From the NCBI GenBank assembly GCA_965228895.1, contig OZ245842.1:5184001-5248000 (forward strand): DNA of 64,000 nucleotides, in the 5' to 3' direction. The notes under the pieces are model-generated. The model saw only the letters and a list, made by a program, of their open reading frames with translations, was not told the DNA's origin and ran no database searches. The translations under genes and the position numbers were made by a program. The first letter of the stretch is position 1. Every line of letters starts with the position of its first letter. Source of the DNA: Alphaproteobacteria bacterium. GTDB taxonomy: Bacteria; Pseudomonadota; Alphaproteobacteria; SP197. This document shows, one piece after another, positions 18,533 to 28,817 of the stretch.

Positions 18533-20416
18533 ATGTGCGGTGTTACCGGCCAAGTCAACCTTGATGGTCTCGATCGCGATGCGATAGCGCCCCGGCTTGA
18601 TCGGGCGGTGGCACGCCTCAGGGCGCGCGGACCGGACGCCAACGGCACGTGGTTCGACCGATGCGCCGCGCTCGGTCACACTCGCCTTGCCATCATCGAT
18701 CTGAGCGAAGCCGGCGCCCAGCCAATGACCGATGACGGTCTGGCGCTGGTCTATAACGGCGAGATCTACAATCACGCCGACCTCCGGCGGGAACTGGAAA
18801 CGCTCGGCCACCGGTTCCGTGGCCAGTCCGATACCGAGGTGCTTTTGAAGGCATGGCGCCAATGGGGCGCCGCCGTGCTGCCGCGCCTGAACGGCATGTT
18901 CGCCTTCGCTCTGTGGGATGGTCGCGAGCTCATTCTCGCCCGCGACCGCTTCGGCAAGAAACCACTGCTTTATGCCAGCGACGGTCGGCAGCTCACCTTT
19001 GCCTCCGACCTCGTCGCGCTCGAGCATCTCGAAGCGACGCAACGCCCGGTCGATCCGGCCGCTCTGCGACTCTTCTTCGCGCTGCGCTATCTGCCGGAAC
19101 CCTGGTCGATCGCCCAGGGCGTGCGTCATTTGGCGCCCGGTCACGTCGCGCGTTTTTCGCAAGACGGGCTCCAGGTTGAGAGCTGGGTCTCACCATCTCC
19201 CGCCGGCCCCTATGCGGACGAGGCCGAGGCTGCGCGCGATTTGGCCGATCGTTTCGACGCCGCCGTTGCCGCGCGTCTGGTTGCCGATGTGCCGGTTGGC
19301 GCGTATCTCTCAGGCGGTGTCGACTCCGGTCTCGTGACCGCGGCCATGGTGCGTCACGCGCGCGATGTCAGGAGTTTCACGGTCGGTTTCGCCGGCGTTC
19401 CCGACTATTACGAGGAACGTCCGGCCGCGCGCCGTGTCGCCGATCATCTGGGTCTCGACCACTCGGAGATCGAGGTCAGTCCGGACGACGCACTTGCCGC
19501 GATCGAACCGATGTTCGACGGCCTCGACGAACCGTTCGCCGATTCCTCCGCGCTACCGTCCTACATTCTGGCCCGCGAAACCCGCCGGCACGTGACCGTG
19601 GCGCTGTCCGGTGACGGCGGCGACGAGGTCTTTGGCGGCTACCGCATGTATCAAGGGGAATTTTGGGCCGGGCGTTATGGCGCCTTGCCCGGTTGGCTGC
19701 GCCGGGGCCTGATCGAGCCGATGGTCGGCGCCATGCCGGACGGCAAGGGCTCGCGGCTGACCGATCATGCGCGGCGCCTCAAACGTTTTGTCGATCACGG
19801 CGCCAAACCGGCGATCGCACGGCGTGCCGGCCTGGCGCGGCTGCTGGACGAACATGAGCTCGACGCCTTGATGGCCGTGCCCAGCGAAGCACCGACCGTC
19901 GAACAACTGTTCGCCATCGCGCGGCGCGACGCACCGGCCGACGATCCGTTGACCGCCCTTTTGATCGGTGATCAGGTCCTCGGTCTGCCCGGCGACATGC
20001 TGGCCAAGGTCGACCGCACGTCGATGGCGGTCAGTCTGGAGGTCCGCTCGCCGTTTCTCGATCCCAGTGTCGTCGCATCGGCGAATGCCATGCCGGGTCC
20101 CTGGAAGCTCAAACCCGGTCAGGGTAAGGCAATCCTAAAGAAGGCGTTCTCGGACTGGCTGCCGGACGACGTGTTCAGTTTGCCGAAGAAGGGTTTCGAA
20201 CTGCCGATCGACCGTTGGCTAACGGGACCGCTGGACGATCTCACGCGCCGCGCCATTGACCGCGGGCGGCTGGAGCGCCAGGGTCTGATCAAACCTGACT
20301 TGCCGGCGCGCTGGTATGACGATCTGAACTCTGGCCGCCGCGATACGGCTTGGCACCTGTGGGCGATGATCAGCTTCGCCGCCTGGTCGGAACGCCGCGA
20401 GGCCGGTTGGTCATGA
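18533..20416 (+). CDS. asnB: Second asparagine synthase-like amidotransferase
   Basis: MCGVTG, RGPD, HTRLAIID, NGEIYN, LSGGVDS, SGDGGDE, KKGF. Confidence 0.93.
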   Translation: MCGVTGQVNLDGLDRDAIAPRLDRAVARLRARGPDANGTWFDRCAALGHTRLAIIDLSEAGAQPMTDDGLALVYNGEIYNHADLRRELETLGHRFRGQSDTEVLLKAWRQWGAAVLPRLNGMFAFALWDGRELILARDRFGKKPLLYASDGRQLTFASDLVALEHLEATQRPVDPAALRLFFALRYLPEPWSIAQGVRHLAPGHVARFSQDGLQVESWVSPSPAGPYADEAEAARDLADRFDAAVAARLVADVPVGAYLSGGVDSGLVTAAMVRHARDVRSFTVGFAGVPDYYEERPAARRVADHLGLDHSEIEVSPDDALAAIEPMFDGLDEPFADSSALPSYILARETRRHVTVALSGDGGDEVFGGYRMYQGEFWAGRYGALPGWLRRGLIEPMVGAMPDGKGSRLTDHARRLKRFVDHGAKPAIARRAGLARLLDEHELDALMAVPSEAPTVEQLFAIARRDAPADDPLTALLIGDQVLGLPGDMLAKVDRTSMAVSLEVRSPFLDPSVVASANAMPGPWKLKPGQGKAILKKAFSDWLPDDVFSLPKKGFELPIDRWLTGPLDDLTRRAIDRGRLERQGLIKPDLPARWYDDLNSGRRDTAWHLWAMISFAAWSERREAGWS

Positions 20417-21543
20417 AGATCTGTCAGCTCTGCGCGGTCGACTTCACGATGTACCGGTTCCTGCTGCCGTTGTGCCTGGCCATACAGGAGGCTGGTCACG
20501 AGGTCGTTGCCGTGTGTTCGCCGGGCCCGCTGCTCGACCGGGTCGAAGCCGCCGGCATTCGCTGCCGTCCGGTCGTCATCGAGCGCAGCATGAATCCGTT
20601 CGCGCAGAGACGCGCGGCACGTGCTCTAAAGCGCCTGTTCGAAGAAGAGGCATTCGATATCGTTCATGTCCATACGCCGGTCGCCAGTCTGGTTGGACGT
20701 TATGCGGCATGGCGCGCCGGCGTGCCGTGCGTCGTCTACACCGCCCACGGTTTCTATTTTCACGAAAACATGGCGTGGCCGAAGCGCAACCTGATCATCG
20801 CGCTGGAATGGTTGGCGGGCCGCGTCACCGATGTGCTGCTGACGCAATCCGAGGAAGACGCCCAGACCGCGCGTCGCTTGAAGCTGACCCGTGCGCGTGT
20901 CGTTGCGGCGATCGGCAACGGCGTCGACACCACGCGCTTTTCGCCTGGTGATGACGCCGTGCGCCGACGACTGCGCGGCGAGCTCGAGACGCCGGAGGAT
21001 GCGGTTGTCATCATGATGACCGGCCGTTTGGTTGCCGAGAAAGGCTATCCCGAGCTGTTTCGCGCGATGGCGGGTGTCGACGCGCACTTGTGGGTCGCCG
21101 GCGACCGTTTGGCCAGCGACCACGCCGATGCCATCGATGACGCGCTGGACGAGGTATCGGCGGACCCGCTGCTGGCGCCGCGCGTTCACCTGTTGGGCCA
21201 ACGCGACGATGTCCCCGACCTGCTGCGTGCCGCCGATATCTTCACGCTGCCGTCCCATCGCGAAGGCATGCCGCGTTCGATCATCGAAGCCATGATGACC
21301 GGCCTGCCAGTTGTCGCGACCGATATCAGGGGCAGCCGCGAGGAGGTGGTCGATGGCGAGACCGGGCTTCTTGTGCCGGTCAAGGATACGAGGTCGCTGC
21401 AGAGTGCCCTGGCGCGTCTTGCCGACGACCCGGCGCTTCGCGCGCGCATGGGCGAGGCCGGGCGCGCGCGGGCGCTAGAGATCTACGACGAAAAACTGGT
21501 TATCGAACGGCAGTTAGACTTGCTGGATTTGCGGGCAGTCTAG
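20413..21543 (+). CDS. Glycosyltransferase family 4
   Basis: YTAHGF, GNGVD, GRLVAEKG, PSHREGMPRSIIEAM. ATG overlaps the asnB stop. Confidence 0.9.
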   Translation: MKICQLCAVDFTMYRFLLPLCLAIQEAGHEVVAVCSPGPLLDRVEAAGIRCRPVVIERSMNPFAQRRAARALKRLFEEEAFDIVHVHTPVASLVGRYAAWRAGVPCVVYTAHGFYFHENMAWPKRNLIIALEWLAGRVTDVLLTQSEEDAQTARRLKLTRARVVAAIGNGVDTTRFSPGDDAVRRRLRGELETPEDAVVIMMTGRLVAEKGYPELFRAMAGVDAHLWVAGDRLASDHADAIDDALDEVSADPLLAPRVHLLGQRDDVPDLLRAADIFTLPSHREGMPRSIIEAMMTGLPVVATDIRGSREEVVDGETGLLVPVKDTRSLQSALARLADDPALRARMGEAGRARALEIYDEKLVIERQLDLLDLRAV

Positions 21544-21550
21544 GCAGCGG

Positions 21551-23263
21551 TCACGCGTCGTCTTTGTCGCCGGCGGGCTTCTTTTTCCGCCGGCTTTTCT
21601 TTTCCTTGGGCAGGACGGTGATCGCCCACTTGATGGTCGTCGACTCGCCATTCAGGCCACCGGAAACAACGATCTGGCTGGAACGCCGCATGGTGCCGCC
21701 ACCCAGATAGATCGAGTCGGCAACGGAGACCACGCCGCCCTGGGCGCGGAAACGCCAGCCTTCGCCCGACGCCAGACGCATCAGGACGCTGGCGCCGTCG
21801 CGGATCGCGGCGGCCTGGACATCCGGATGCAGGTGAAAGCGCAGCGTGAACTGTTCGCCGCCGGGACCGTCGGCAATGTCCTCGCCGCGCAAATCGGTGC
21901 CGTCGGCGTTCATGAAAAGACGTCGGCGATGGATCAACCGGCTGTTCGCCCGGTAGCCGTCATGGCTCAGGGTAAGCCAGGTCGCGCCTTCCTGCTCGTC
22001 CCGCTCGACGGTGACCTCTTTGGGCGCGCGGCCCAACGTGCCGTCGGCGCGGAATTCGACGGCATTGTTGTCGTCGATGCCCAGGGTCGAATGCGCCGCT
22101 GTCGCACGGCACGCCGCGCGCCATTCGCTGTTCGGGCCGTGATAGGCACCGACGTTCACGATCAGACGTTCGCGGCCGATACTCATCTCAAAGCTCAAGG
22201 GTCCTGCCTGGGCCTCGCCGGCAAAATCAGCCGGTGGCGGGGTGCCGGTATCGACCAGCATCAAGGTGCGCCGGGCGACGATCCGTTCGTAGCCGGTCTG
22301 CAGCGCGCGCGATGTCGGTTTGCCCGTCGCCTGACCCAGCGCCAGAACGTTGTCGATCAGTTCGGCCTGTTCCTCCGACGACCCGTTGAACAGCGCCAGG
22401 CCGCCATCGCCGTGACGGTAGAAGCGCAGCATCGGCGCGGTGCGGTCGATCGCCAGCTGCAGCCAGTCCGGGGTCGGTTTCTTCGTGGCGATCAGGGCGA
22501 AGCGGATCTCGACGAGATCGCGCATGAGCTGGAACTGCACGCTGGCGTTGCGTTCAGCCTGCCCGCCGTCAGGCAGGGATTGGCGGTCGAGCTCGTGCTC
22601 CAGCAGCCGAAGGCCCTGGGGCAGCCGGCGTTCGGCGCCCGGCAGGGTCATGCCGGCATAGATCAGCGCTTTGACCGCCGCGATTCGGCCGATGCCCTCG
22701 GGCCCATGACCGACGACGCGGGCGAGGTGGCGCGTCTGTTCGGCGAGGCTTTGCAGGAAGCGGCGGCGAAACAGGATATCGGAGCCGTTGAGCAGGAAAC
22801 CGCCATGGGTCAGCCATGCCGCCAGCCGCCGGCCCAGGATGTCCGGGCGCCAGCAGAAGCGTTCCCAGCTGCCGCATTCGGCCATCCAGTTGGCGCAGGC
22901 ATGGCGCGCCGCGCCACGGGCGTCACCGCCCAGCTCTCTGAGGTCGCGCAGCCACTGGAAGCCATGCAGTTCGGCGACCCAGCCGTCCCACGCCTCCGTC
23001 GGATACCAGTCGACGCTGCCCGGTTTGCCGTCGAATTGCAGGGTCTGGCCGGCAAACCGCCAGGTCCCCTTCATGATCTGGCGCGCGCGGTCGGCATCGC
23101 CGGGCCACGGGTCGGTCGGCGCCTGGGCCAACCGCTCGGGCTGACGCCCGCCCAAGGTAAAGCGATAGAGCGGGCTGGCATACGCCACCGCGCGCAGTGA
23201 ATCGATGGGTCCACGCATGGCACGCCGACGGCGCCGCGTGATGTCGCCTCCGCTGGCCATCAA
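21551..23263 (-). CDS. Heparinase II/III family protein
   Basis: LHGFQWLRDL, HGDGGLALFNG, LSFEMS, RATAAHST, SHDGY, RFHLHP; conserved position downstream of rpe. Confidence 0.85.
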   Translation of the reverse strand: MMASGGDITRRRRRAMRGPIDSLRAVAYASPLYRFTLGGRQPERLAQAPTDPWPGDADRARQIMKGTWRFAGQTLQFDGKPGSVDWYPTEAWDGWVAELHGFQWLRDLRELGGDARGAARHACANWMAECGSWERFCWRPDILGRRLAAWLTHGGFLLNGSDILFRRRFLQSLAEQTRHLARVVGHGPEGIGRIAAVKALIYAGMTLPGAERRLPQGLRLLEHELDRQSLPDGGQAERNASVQFQLMRDLVEIRFALIATKKPTPDWLQLAIDRTAPMLRFYRHGDGGLALFNGSSEEQAELIDNVLALGQATGKPTSRALQTGYERIVARRTLMLVDTGTPPPADFAGEAQAGPLSFEMSIGRERLIVNVGAYHGPNSEWRAACRATAAHSTLGIDDNNAVEFRADGTLGRAPKEVTVERDEQEGATWLTLSHDGYRANSRLIHRRRLFMNADGTDLRGEDIADGPGGEQFTLRFHLHPDVQAAAIRDGASVLMRLASGEGWRFRAQGGVVSVADSIYLGGGTMRRSSQIVVSGGLNGESTTIKWAITVLPKEKKSRRKKKPAGDKDDA

Positions 23264-23269
23264 AACGGC

Positions 23270-23929
23270 TTAGCCGCGCAATGTGGCGATATTGGTCGCG
23301 TAAGCCGCCGTGTCGCCCGTGAAGACGGCGCTGCCGGCAACCAGCACATCGGCGCCGGCCGCAATCGCCTGGGGTGCGGTTTCAGGGGTGATGCCGCCGT
23401 CGACTTCCAGGTCAATCGTACGTCCGGTCGCGTCGATCTTTGCCCGCAGCGCCTTGATCTTGTCGAGCGCCGCCGGAATGAAGCTTTGACCGCCAAAGCC
23501 GGGATTGACGCTCATGACCAGCACCAGGTCGACCAATTCGAGTACGTGGTCGACCGCGTCGACCGGTGTTGCCGGGTTGAGCGAGATGCCGGCCTTCTTG
23601 CCGAGCGCCTTGATGCGCTGCAGCGAACGGTGCACGTGGGGACCGGCTTCGGGATGCACGGTCAAGATATCCGCGCCCGCCTCGGCGAAGGCGTCGAGCA
23701 GCGGGTCGACCGGCGTGATCATCAGGTGCACATCGAAGGTCTTGGCGCTGTGCGGGCGCAGCTTGGCGACCACCGGCGGTCCGATCGTGAGGTTCGGCAC
23801 GAAGTGACCGTCCATCACATCGACATGGATATAGTCCGCGCCGGCCTTGTCGACGGCCCGGATCTCCTCGCCCATGGCGGCGAAGTCGGCCGCCAGGATG
23901 GAAGGCGCGATGCGAATACCTTGTGGCAT
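23270..23929 (-). CDS. rpe: Ribulose-phosphate 3-epimerase
   Basis: [37 protein letters not shown]. Confidence 0.97.
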   Translation of the reverse strand: MPQGIRIAPSILAADFAAMGEEIRAVDKAGADYIHVDVMDGHFVPNLTIGPPVVAKLRPHSAKTFDVHLMITPVDPLLDAFAEAGADILTVHPEAGPHVHRSLQRIKALGKKAGISLNPATPVDAVDHVLELVDLVLVMSVNPGFGGQSFIPAALDKIKALRAKIDATGRTIDLEVDGGITPETAPQAIAAGADVLVAGSAVFTGDTAAYATNIATLRG

Positions 23930-23946
23930 GACGATGAGGTAACAGG

Positions 23947-25233
23947 TTAGCAAATCCGCCGCAAGCGAACGGCATAGAAGCCGTCCAGACCGCCGCGCTC
24001 GGGCCAGTGGCAGGGTAGGGTCCGCAGCGCGCCCCGGCCGTCGATAAGGCCAGGATCGCCGCCGGTTTCAGGTGGTGTCACGGGGACGATCTCGACATCG
24101 TCGCGACGCGCGAAGAGCGCGTCGGTCTGTGCCGTGCCTTCCTCTTCTTGCAGCGAGCAGACGGCATAGACGACCAGCCCGCCGGGTCGCACCATGGTGA
24201 GCGCATTGTCGATCAGGCGTTTCTGCAGATCCGCCAGACGGGCCACGTCGTCGGGCCTTTTGGTGCGGGCGATATCGGGATGGCGCCGGATCGTGCCGGT
24301 GCCGCTGCATGGCGCATCGATCAGCACGGCATCGGCGGGTGTCTCGGGCTGCCACGTCGTGGCATCAGCGCTGACCGGCGCCGCGGTAAGCGAGAGCCGC
24401 TTGAGGTTTGCCTCAAGTCGAGCGAGGCGTCTGTCGGACAGATCGACCGCAGTGACCCCACCGCCGGCCGCGGCGAGTTGGGCGGTCTTGCCGCCCGGCG
24501 CCGCGCACAGGTCGATCACCGATTGGCCGGTGACATCGCCGAGCAGGCGGGCCGGCATCGCCGCGGCGGCGTCCTGCACCCACCATTGACCGTCCTCAAA
24601 GCCATCGAGCGCGGTGACATCGCCGCCTGGTTCGAGGCGCAGGGAGCCGGTCGGCAAACGCTCGGCCTCCAGTCGGTGCGCCCAGTCGTCGCTATCGCCC
24701 ATGACACTCAGGTCAAGCGGCGCCCGGGTCAGATGGGCCGCGCCGATCGCGCGTGCGGTGGCCTCGCTATAGGCCGCCGTCCAGCTTTCGAACAACCACT
24801 CGGGCGTGTTGAGCAGGATGGCGTCCTGGGTCTCGATCTTAGCCGCACCTTCCCGCTGCAGGCGGCGCAGGACGGCATTGACCAGCTTGGCGAAGGGCGG
24901 ACACATCTGTTTCGCCAAATCGACCGAGGTCGAGATCGCGGCGTGGGGCGCCAGGTCCAGAAACAGGAGCTGCGCGACACCGATACGCAACACCTGGCGC
25001 GCCATCAACGCGCGCTTGGGCAGGCGGCGCTCCAGGCAGGAGCGGATGAGATCGTCGATCTGGCCCAGGCGGCGCAGGGTGTCCGAGGCGATGGCGCGCG
25101 CCAGCGCCCGGTCGCGCGGCTCGAGTCCGCCGAAGACCTTGTCGTTCTCCAGAACATCATCGAGCGGTCGGCGGTGATCGAGCACGGACCCGAGGGCGGC
25201 GAGCGCCACCGCCCGGGCGTTCTCAGGCGTCAC
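23947..25233 (-). CDS. rsmB: RsmB/NOP family rRNA m5C methyltransferase with NusB-like N-domain
   Basis: [37 protein letters not shown] start overlaps the upstream stop. Confidence 0.9.
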   Translation of the reverse strand: MTPENARAVALAALGSVLDHRRPLDDVLENDKVFGGLEPRDRALARAIASDTLRRLGQIDDLIRSCLERRLPKRALMARQVLRIGVAQLLFLDLAPHAAISTSVDLAKQMCPPFAKLVNAVLRRLQREGAAKIETQDAILLNTPEWLFESWTAAYSEATARAIGAAHLTRAPLDLSVMGDSDDWAHRLEAERLPTGSLRLEPGGDVTALDGFEDGQWWVQDAAAAMPARLLGDVTGQSVIDLCAAPGGKTAQLAAAGGGVTAVDLSDRRLARLEANLKRLSLTAAPVSADATTWQPETPADAVLIDAPCSGTGTIRRHPDIARTKRPDDVARLADLQKRLIDNALTMVRPGGLVVYAVCSLQEEEGTAQTDALFARRDDVEIVPVTPPETGGDPGLIDGRGALRTLPCHWPERGGLDGFYAVRLRRIC

Positions 25234-26327
25234 GCGCCGCCCTGGCGCATGGCGAGGTAACCGAGCTCGCTCCAGGGCGCATAGACCTCGCATTCGGCGA
25301 GGTAGGCCATGTGGGAGTCATAGACGCGGCGGGTCAGGTCGTCGGTCGCGGCGAGCGCCTCCAGGACGGCCGCCGTTTCTTCGCGCACCCGCTCGATAAT
25401 CTCGGGCGGAAAGTGGCGGATCTCGACCTCCGGGTCGTCGGCAAGCGCCGGAAACGTCTTGGTGTTGTGGTACTGGAAGTCGGCCGTCGTCTCGAGCGCC
25501 GTGGCGTCGGCGGCGGCCGCCACGATGACTTGCAGGTCATCGGGCAGGGCCTTGAGTTTGTCCTGCCGGACGATGATCTCCAACGACGGGCCGGGTTCAT
25601 GGAAGCCGGGCAAATAATAGTAGCCGGCGACCTTGTTGAGGCCGAACGCAAGATCGTTCCATGGCCCGACCCAGTCGGCGCCGTCGATCGCGCCGGAGGT
25701 CAGGCTGGAGAAGATATCGCCGGGCGGTATCAGCACCGGCTCGACGCCGAGACGCTTCAGAACGTCGGCGCTAAGCCCGGCGATACGGAAGCGCAGGCCG
25801 CGCAGGTCATCCAGCGTCTCGATCGGGCGCTTGAACCAGCCGCCGGCCTGGACGCCGCTGGAGCCGGCATAAAACGGCGTGACGCCAAAGCTGTCATAGA
25901 CCTCCTGCCATAAGGCTTGGCCGCCGCCGAAACGCAGCCAGCTCGTAAACTCCAGGGCCGTCATGCCGAACGGCACGCCGGTGAAGAAGTGCAGCACGGG
26001 CGCTTTGCCCGCCCAGTAATAGGGCGTGCCGTGGGCGAGGTCCGCCGTGCCCTGCTGGACCGCGTCCAGGCTCTCGAACGGCGGCACCAGTTCGCCGGCG
26101 GCATGCAGGTCGATGGTCAGGCGCCCGCCGGACATGGCGCCGACCCGGTCGGCAAAGCGCTGCGCGTTGACGCCGACCCCCGGCGCGCCACGCGGCCAGG
26201 CCGTCACCATGTTCCACACAATCGAATCCTGAGCCCGCGCGACAGCCGGAGCGGCGAGCGGGACGGCCGCGGTCGCGGCCAGAATGCGGCGCCGGCTGAC
26301 GCGGCTTTTGGCTGATAAGCTTGTCAT
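25230..26327 (-). CDS. TRAP transporter substrate-binding protein (TakP/DctP-like, Tat signal)
   Basis: SRRRIL Tat peptide, AAGELVP, YYWAGK, QAGGWF, DWVGPWND, PGFHEP. Confidence 0.9.
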   Translation of the reverse strand: MTSLSAKSRVSRRRILAATAAVPLAAPAVARAQDSIVWNMVTAWPRGAPGVGVNAQRFADRVGAMSGGRLTIDLHAAGELVPPFESLDAVQQGTADLAHGTPYYWAGKAPVLHFFTGVPFGMTALEFTSWLRFGGGQALWQEVYDSFGVTPFYAGSSGVQAGGWFKRPIETLDDLRGLRFRIAGLSADVLKRLGVEPVLIPPGDIFSSLTSGAIDGADWVGPWNDLAFGLNKVAGYYYLPGFHEPGPSLEIIVRQDKLKALPDDLQVIVAAAADATALETTADFQYHNTKTFPALADDPEVEIRHFPPEIIERVREETAAVLEALAATDDLTRRVYDSHMAYLAECEVYAPWSELGYLAMRQGGA

Positions 26328-26367
26328 GGCGCCATACTGACGCGACAGCTCGTGCTCGACCAGCCTG

Positions 26368-27216
26368 TTAACCCCAAGGCCCGGCGGCGCCGGCCATCTC
26401 GCGCAGGCGCGCGACGCGTTCGGCGGTGCGCGGGTGGGTGCTGAACAGTCCGTCGATGTTGTGGGCGTGCAGCGGGTTGACGATGAACATATGGGCGGTC
26501 GCCGGGTTGTCTTCGGCTTCGCGGTTGTCGATGCGCGAGCCGCGCTCAAGTTTCTCCAGTGCCGAGGCAAGCCACAGGGGATGACCGCAGATCTCCGCGC
26601 CGATCTTGTCGGCCTCGTATTCCCGGGTCCGGCTGATCGCCATCTGTACAAGCGCCGCGGCCAGCGGCGCCAGGATCATCATCAAGATGACGCCGATCAG
26701 CCCAAGCGGATTGTTGCGGCTGCCGCCAAAGAAGATCGCGAAGTTGGCCAACAGTGTCAACGCGCCCGCGATGGTCGCCGTGATCGTCATGATCAAGGTG
26801 TCGCGGTTCTTCACGTGGGCGAGTTCGTGCGCCATGACGCCGGCGATCTCCTCCGACGTCATGTTTTTCAGGAGACCGGTCGTTGCCGCGACCGCCGCGT
26901 TCTCCGGGTTGCGGCCGGTGGCGAAGGCGTTCGGCTGCGGCGTGTCGATGACATAGACCTTGGGCATCGGCAGATCGGCGCGTTGGGCCATTTGTTCGAC
27001 AAGGCCATAGAAGTCCGGGGCGTTCTGGCGGTTGACCTCGCGCGCCTTGTACATCTTCAGCACCATGGAACCGGAGTTCCACCAGGCGAACAGGTTCATG
27101 CCGCAGGCGGCCACCAACGCGATCAGCATGCCGGCCTCACCGGCCAGCATGAATCCGGCGCCGATAAACAGGGCGGTCATCGCCGCCATCAGCATGAAGG
27201 TCTTGATTTGGTTCAT
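26368..27216 (-). CDS. htpX: Zinc metalloprotease HtpX
   Basis: [32 protein letters not shown]. Confidence 0.96.
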   Translation of the reverse strand: MNQIKTFMLMAAMTALFIGAGFMLAGEAGMLIALVAACGMNLFAWWNSGSMVLKMYKAREVNRQNAPDFYGLVEQMAQRADLPMPKVYVIDTPQPNAFATGRNPENAAVAATTGLLKNMTSEEIAGVMAHELAHVKNRDTLIMTITATIAGALTLLANFAIFFGGSRNNPLGLIGVILMMILAPLAAALVQMAISRTREYEADKIGAEICGHPLWLASALEKLERGSRIDNREAEDNPATAHMFIVNPLHAHNIDGLFSTHPRTAERVARLREMAGAAGPWG

Positions 27217-27256
27217 ATTCTCTACCGTTCCTTTGCCCTCGTGTGGCCCCGCATGC

Positions 27257-27286
27257 ATGTGGGGATGGCAGTCCCCAGCGGTCAAG
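27257..27286 (-). promoter_or_regulatory. Putative RpoH (sigma32)-type promoter of htpX
   Basis: Minus strand CTTGAC-N16-CCCCACAT about 40 bp upstream of the htpX start; htpX is a classic heat-shock gene. Confidence 0.4.
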
Positions 27287-27352
27287 ATGCAGGGCCCTCG
27301 ATTGGACCCACGGGCCCGAATCCACTACCCTGGCGCGGAAGCGAGAGGGGCC

Positions 27353-27706
27353 ATGCCTCAAGAGAACGTTGAGGAGAAGCTACGCAAACGACGCGACGAA
27401 GCAGCCATGCTGCGCCGGGCGGCGCGTTCGACGACGCCCAGGGCCTACCAGACACGCAAGGTCGAGCGGCCTGTGACGTTCGAGCATGACCCGACCATCG
27501 ATGCCCAGGAGACCTACACCAATCTTTTCGGTGCCTTCACCAGCGGCACCACCATGCGCGAACATATTGCCAACGCGATGGTGCTGGGTGCCAATCTCTT
27601 CGCTTATCTCCTGCTCGCCACCGTTTTGAGCGTGGCGCAATGCTCTCTGTGGTATGAACCCGGCATGTATTCCGATCCCGATCGCGTTCAATCAACGGGC
27701 CGCTGA
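27353..27706 (+). CDS. Hypothetical protein with a C-terminal hydrophobic segment
   Basis: ATG after GAGAGGGG; one hydrophobic stretch ([17 protein letters not shown]). Confidence 0.55.
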   Translation: MPQENVEEKLRKRRDEAAMLRRAARSTTPRAYQTRKVERPVTFEHDPTIDAQETYTNLFGAFTSGTTMREHIANAMVLGANLFAYLLLATVLSVAQCSLWYEPGMYSDPDRVQSTGR

Positions 27707-27708
27707 AC

Positions 27709-27873
27709 ATGAGTGACAACAAGCAAAAGACAGACGAGACGGGCAAGAAACCCGCGACCAAACGAGTGGGACCGGACGGCAAGCCGTTGCCTGAAGAAAT
27801 CGGTGGGCCGAAAGGGCCGGAACCCACACGTTATGGCGACTGGGAGGTCAACGGCCGGGTCTCCGACTTCTGA
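27709..27873 (+). CDS. DUF1674 / SDHAF4-family small protein (54 aa, absent from the ORF track)
   Basis: Manual translation ends [25 protein letters not shown], the DUF1674 signature; located divergent from htpX. Confidence 0.9.
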   Translation: MSDNKQKTDETGKKPATKRVGPDGKPLPEEIGGPKGPEPTRYGDWEVNGRVSDF

Positions 27874-27878
27874 CCGGG

Positions 27879-28817
27879 ATGAACCGCGTCGAGCGCCTTT
27901 GCCGCTGGGGCCTGCTGGCGGCGATGCTGGTGCTGGGCGCCTGCGCCGACAGACTTTCCGATGCCTCGCTGCCGGACAACCCGGATGTTCAGGAGACCGT
28001 GCGCCTGGCGCGCGAAGGCGATCCCATCGCCCAGACGGTCATGGGCAATCTTTATGAGACCAACGTGTTCGGTGCGCCCGACTACCGGCGCGCGGCGGCC
28101 TGGTACATGGAAGCCGCACGCCAGGACGACGCGCTCGCCAGGTATTTTCTCGGCAACCTTTATGAGCGCGGCCTCGGTGTCGATCGCGACTACGCGACGG
28201 CTGCGGCGCTCTACAAGTCCGCCGCCGATGGCGGCAACACCAGCGCGGCGTTCAAGCTCGGCTACTTTCACGAAAAGGGCCTGGGTGTCGCCCAGGACTT
28301 TGCAGCAGCCCGGCGCTGGTACGACGTGGCCGAGCAGGGCTGGACCGGCCAGCGGGTTCAGCCGTTGCAGCCGGAATATTTGGTCGTTGCGCCGGCCGCT
28401 GGCCCAGCCGAACCGGAGACCATAACGCTGGTGCCGGTCGCCAGCTTGGCGTCGCTGCCGGTCACCTTTCAGCCGGCCGATAGCGCGACGCCCGCGGACG
28501 TTGCCACCGCCGGTACCACGGTTGCCGACGTCGCGCCTTCGCCGGCGGCGGCACCTGGGTTCTATCTTCATCTGGCGTCGCAGCGCGACCAGAACGAGGC
28601 GCTTGCCGCCTGGCAGGACGCCCATGACCGGTTCCCGGATTTGCTGGATGGCCTGACCGTGGCGCTTGCCAAACTCGATCTCGGCGCCGGTGCGGGCGTC
28701 TACTATCAGGTGCTGGCTGGGCCGATCGCGGCGGAAGAAGACGCGGACATTATCTGCGCGCGCCTTCAACCACAGGACCAGTACTGCGATCCCATACCGC
28801 TGACTGACCTTCCCTAA
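27879..28817 (+). CDS. Lipoprotein with Sel1-like repeats and a C-terminal SPOR domain
   Basis: LGAC lipobox; three A..LG.LY..G.GV..D...A..WY repeats; SPOR-like C-terminus YYQVLAGP...C..L. Confidence 0.8.
   Translation: MNRVERLCRWGLLAAMLVLGACADRLSDASLPDNPDVQETVRLAREGDPIAQTVMGNLYETNVFGAPDYRRAAAWYMEAARQDDALARYFLGNLYERGLGVDRDYATAAALYKSAADGGNTSAAFKLGYFHEKGLGVAQDFAAARRWYDVAEQGWTGQRVQPLQPEYLVVAPAAGPAEPETITLVPVASLASLPVTFQPADSATPADVATAGTTVADVAPSPAAAPGFYLHLASQRDQNEALAAWQDAHDRFPDLLDGLTVALAKLDLGAGAGVYYQVLAGPIAAEEDADIICARLQPQDQYCDPIPLTDLP

Noticed and set aside
10117-20416. AsnB paralogues as lasso-peptide cyclases
   Set aside because: Both have intact N-terminal Cys glutaminase domains, there are no B proteins or precursor peptide, and the context is entirely glycan biosynthesis.
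21827-23200. 457-aa plus-strand ORF
   Set aside because: Antisense shadow of the heparinase-family gene with no motifs; expected in high-GC DNA.
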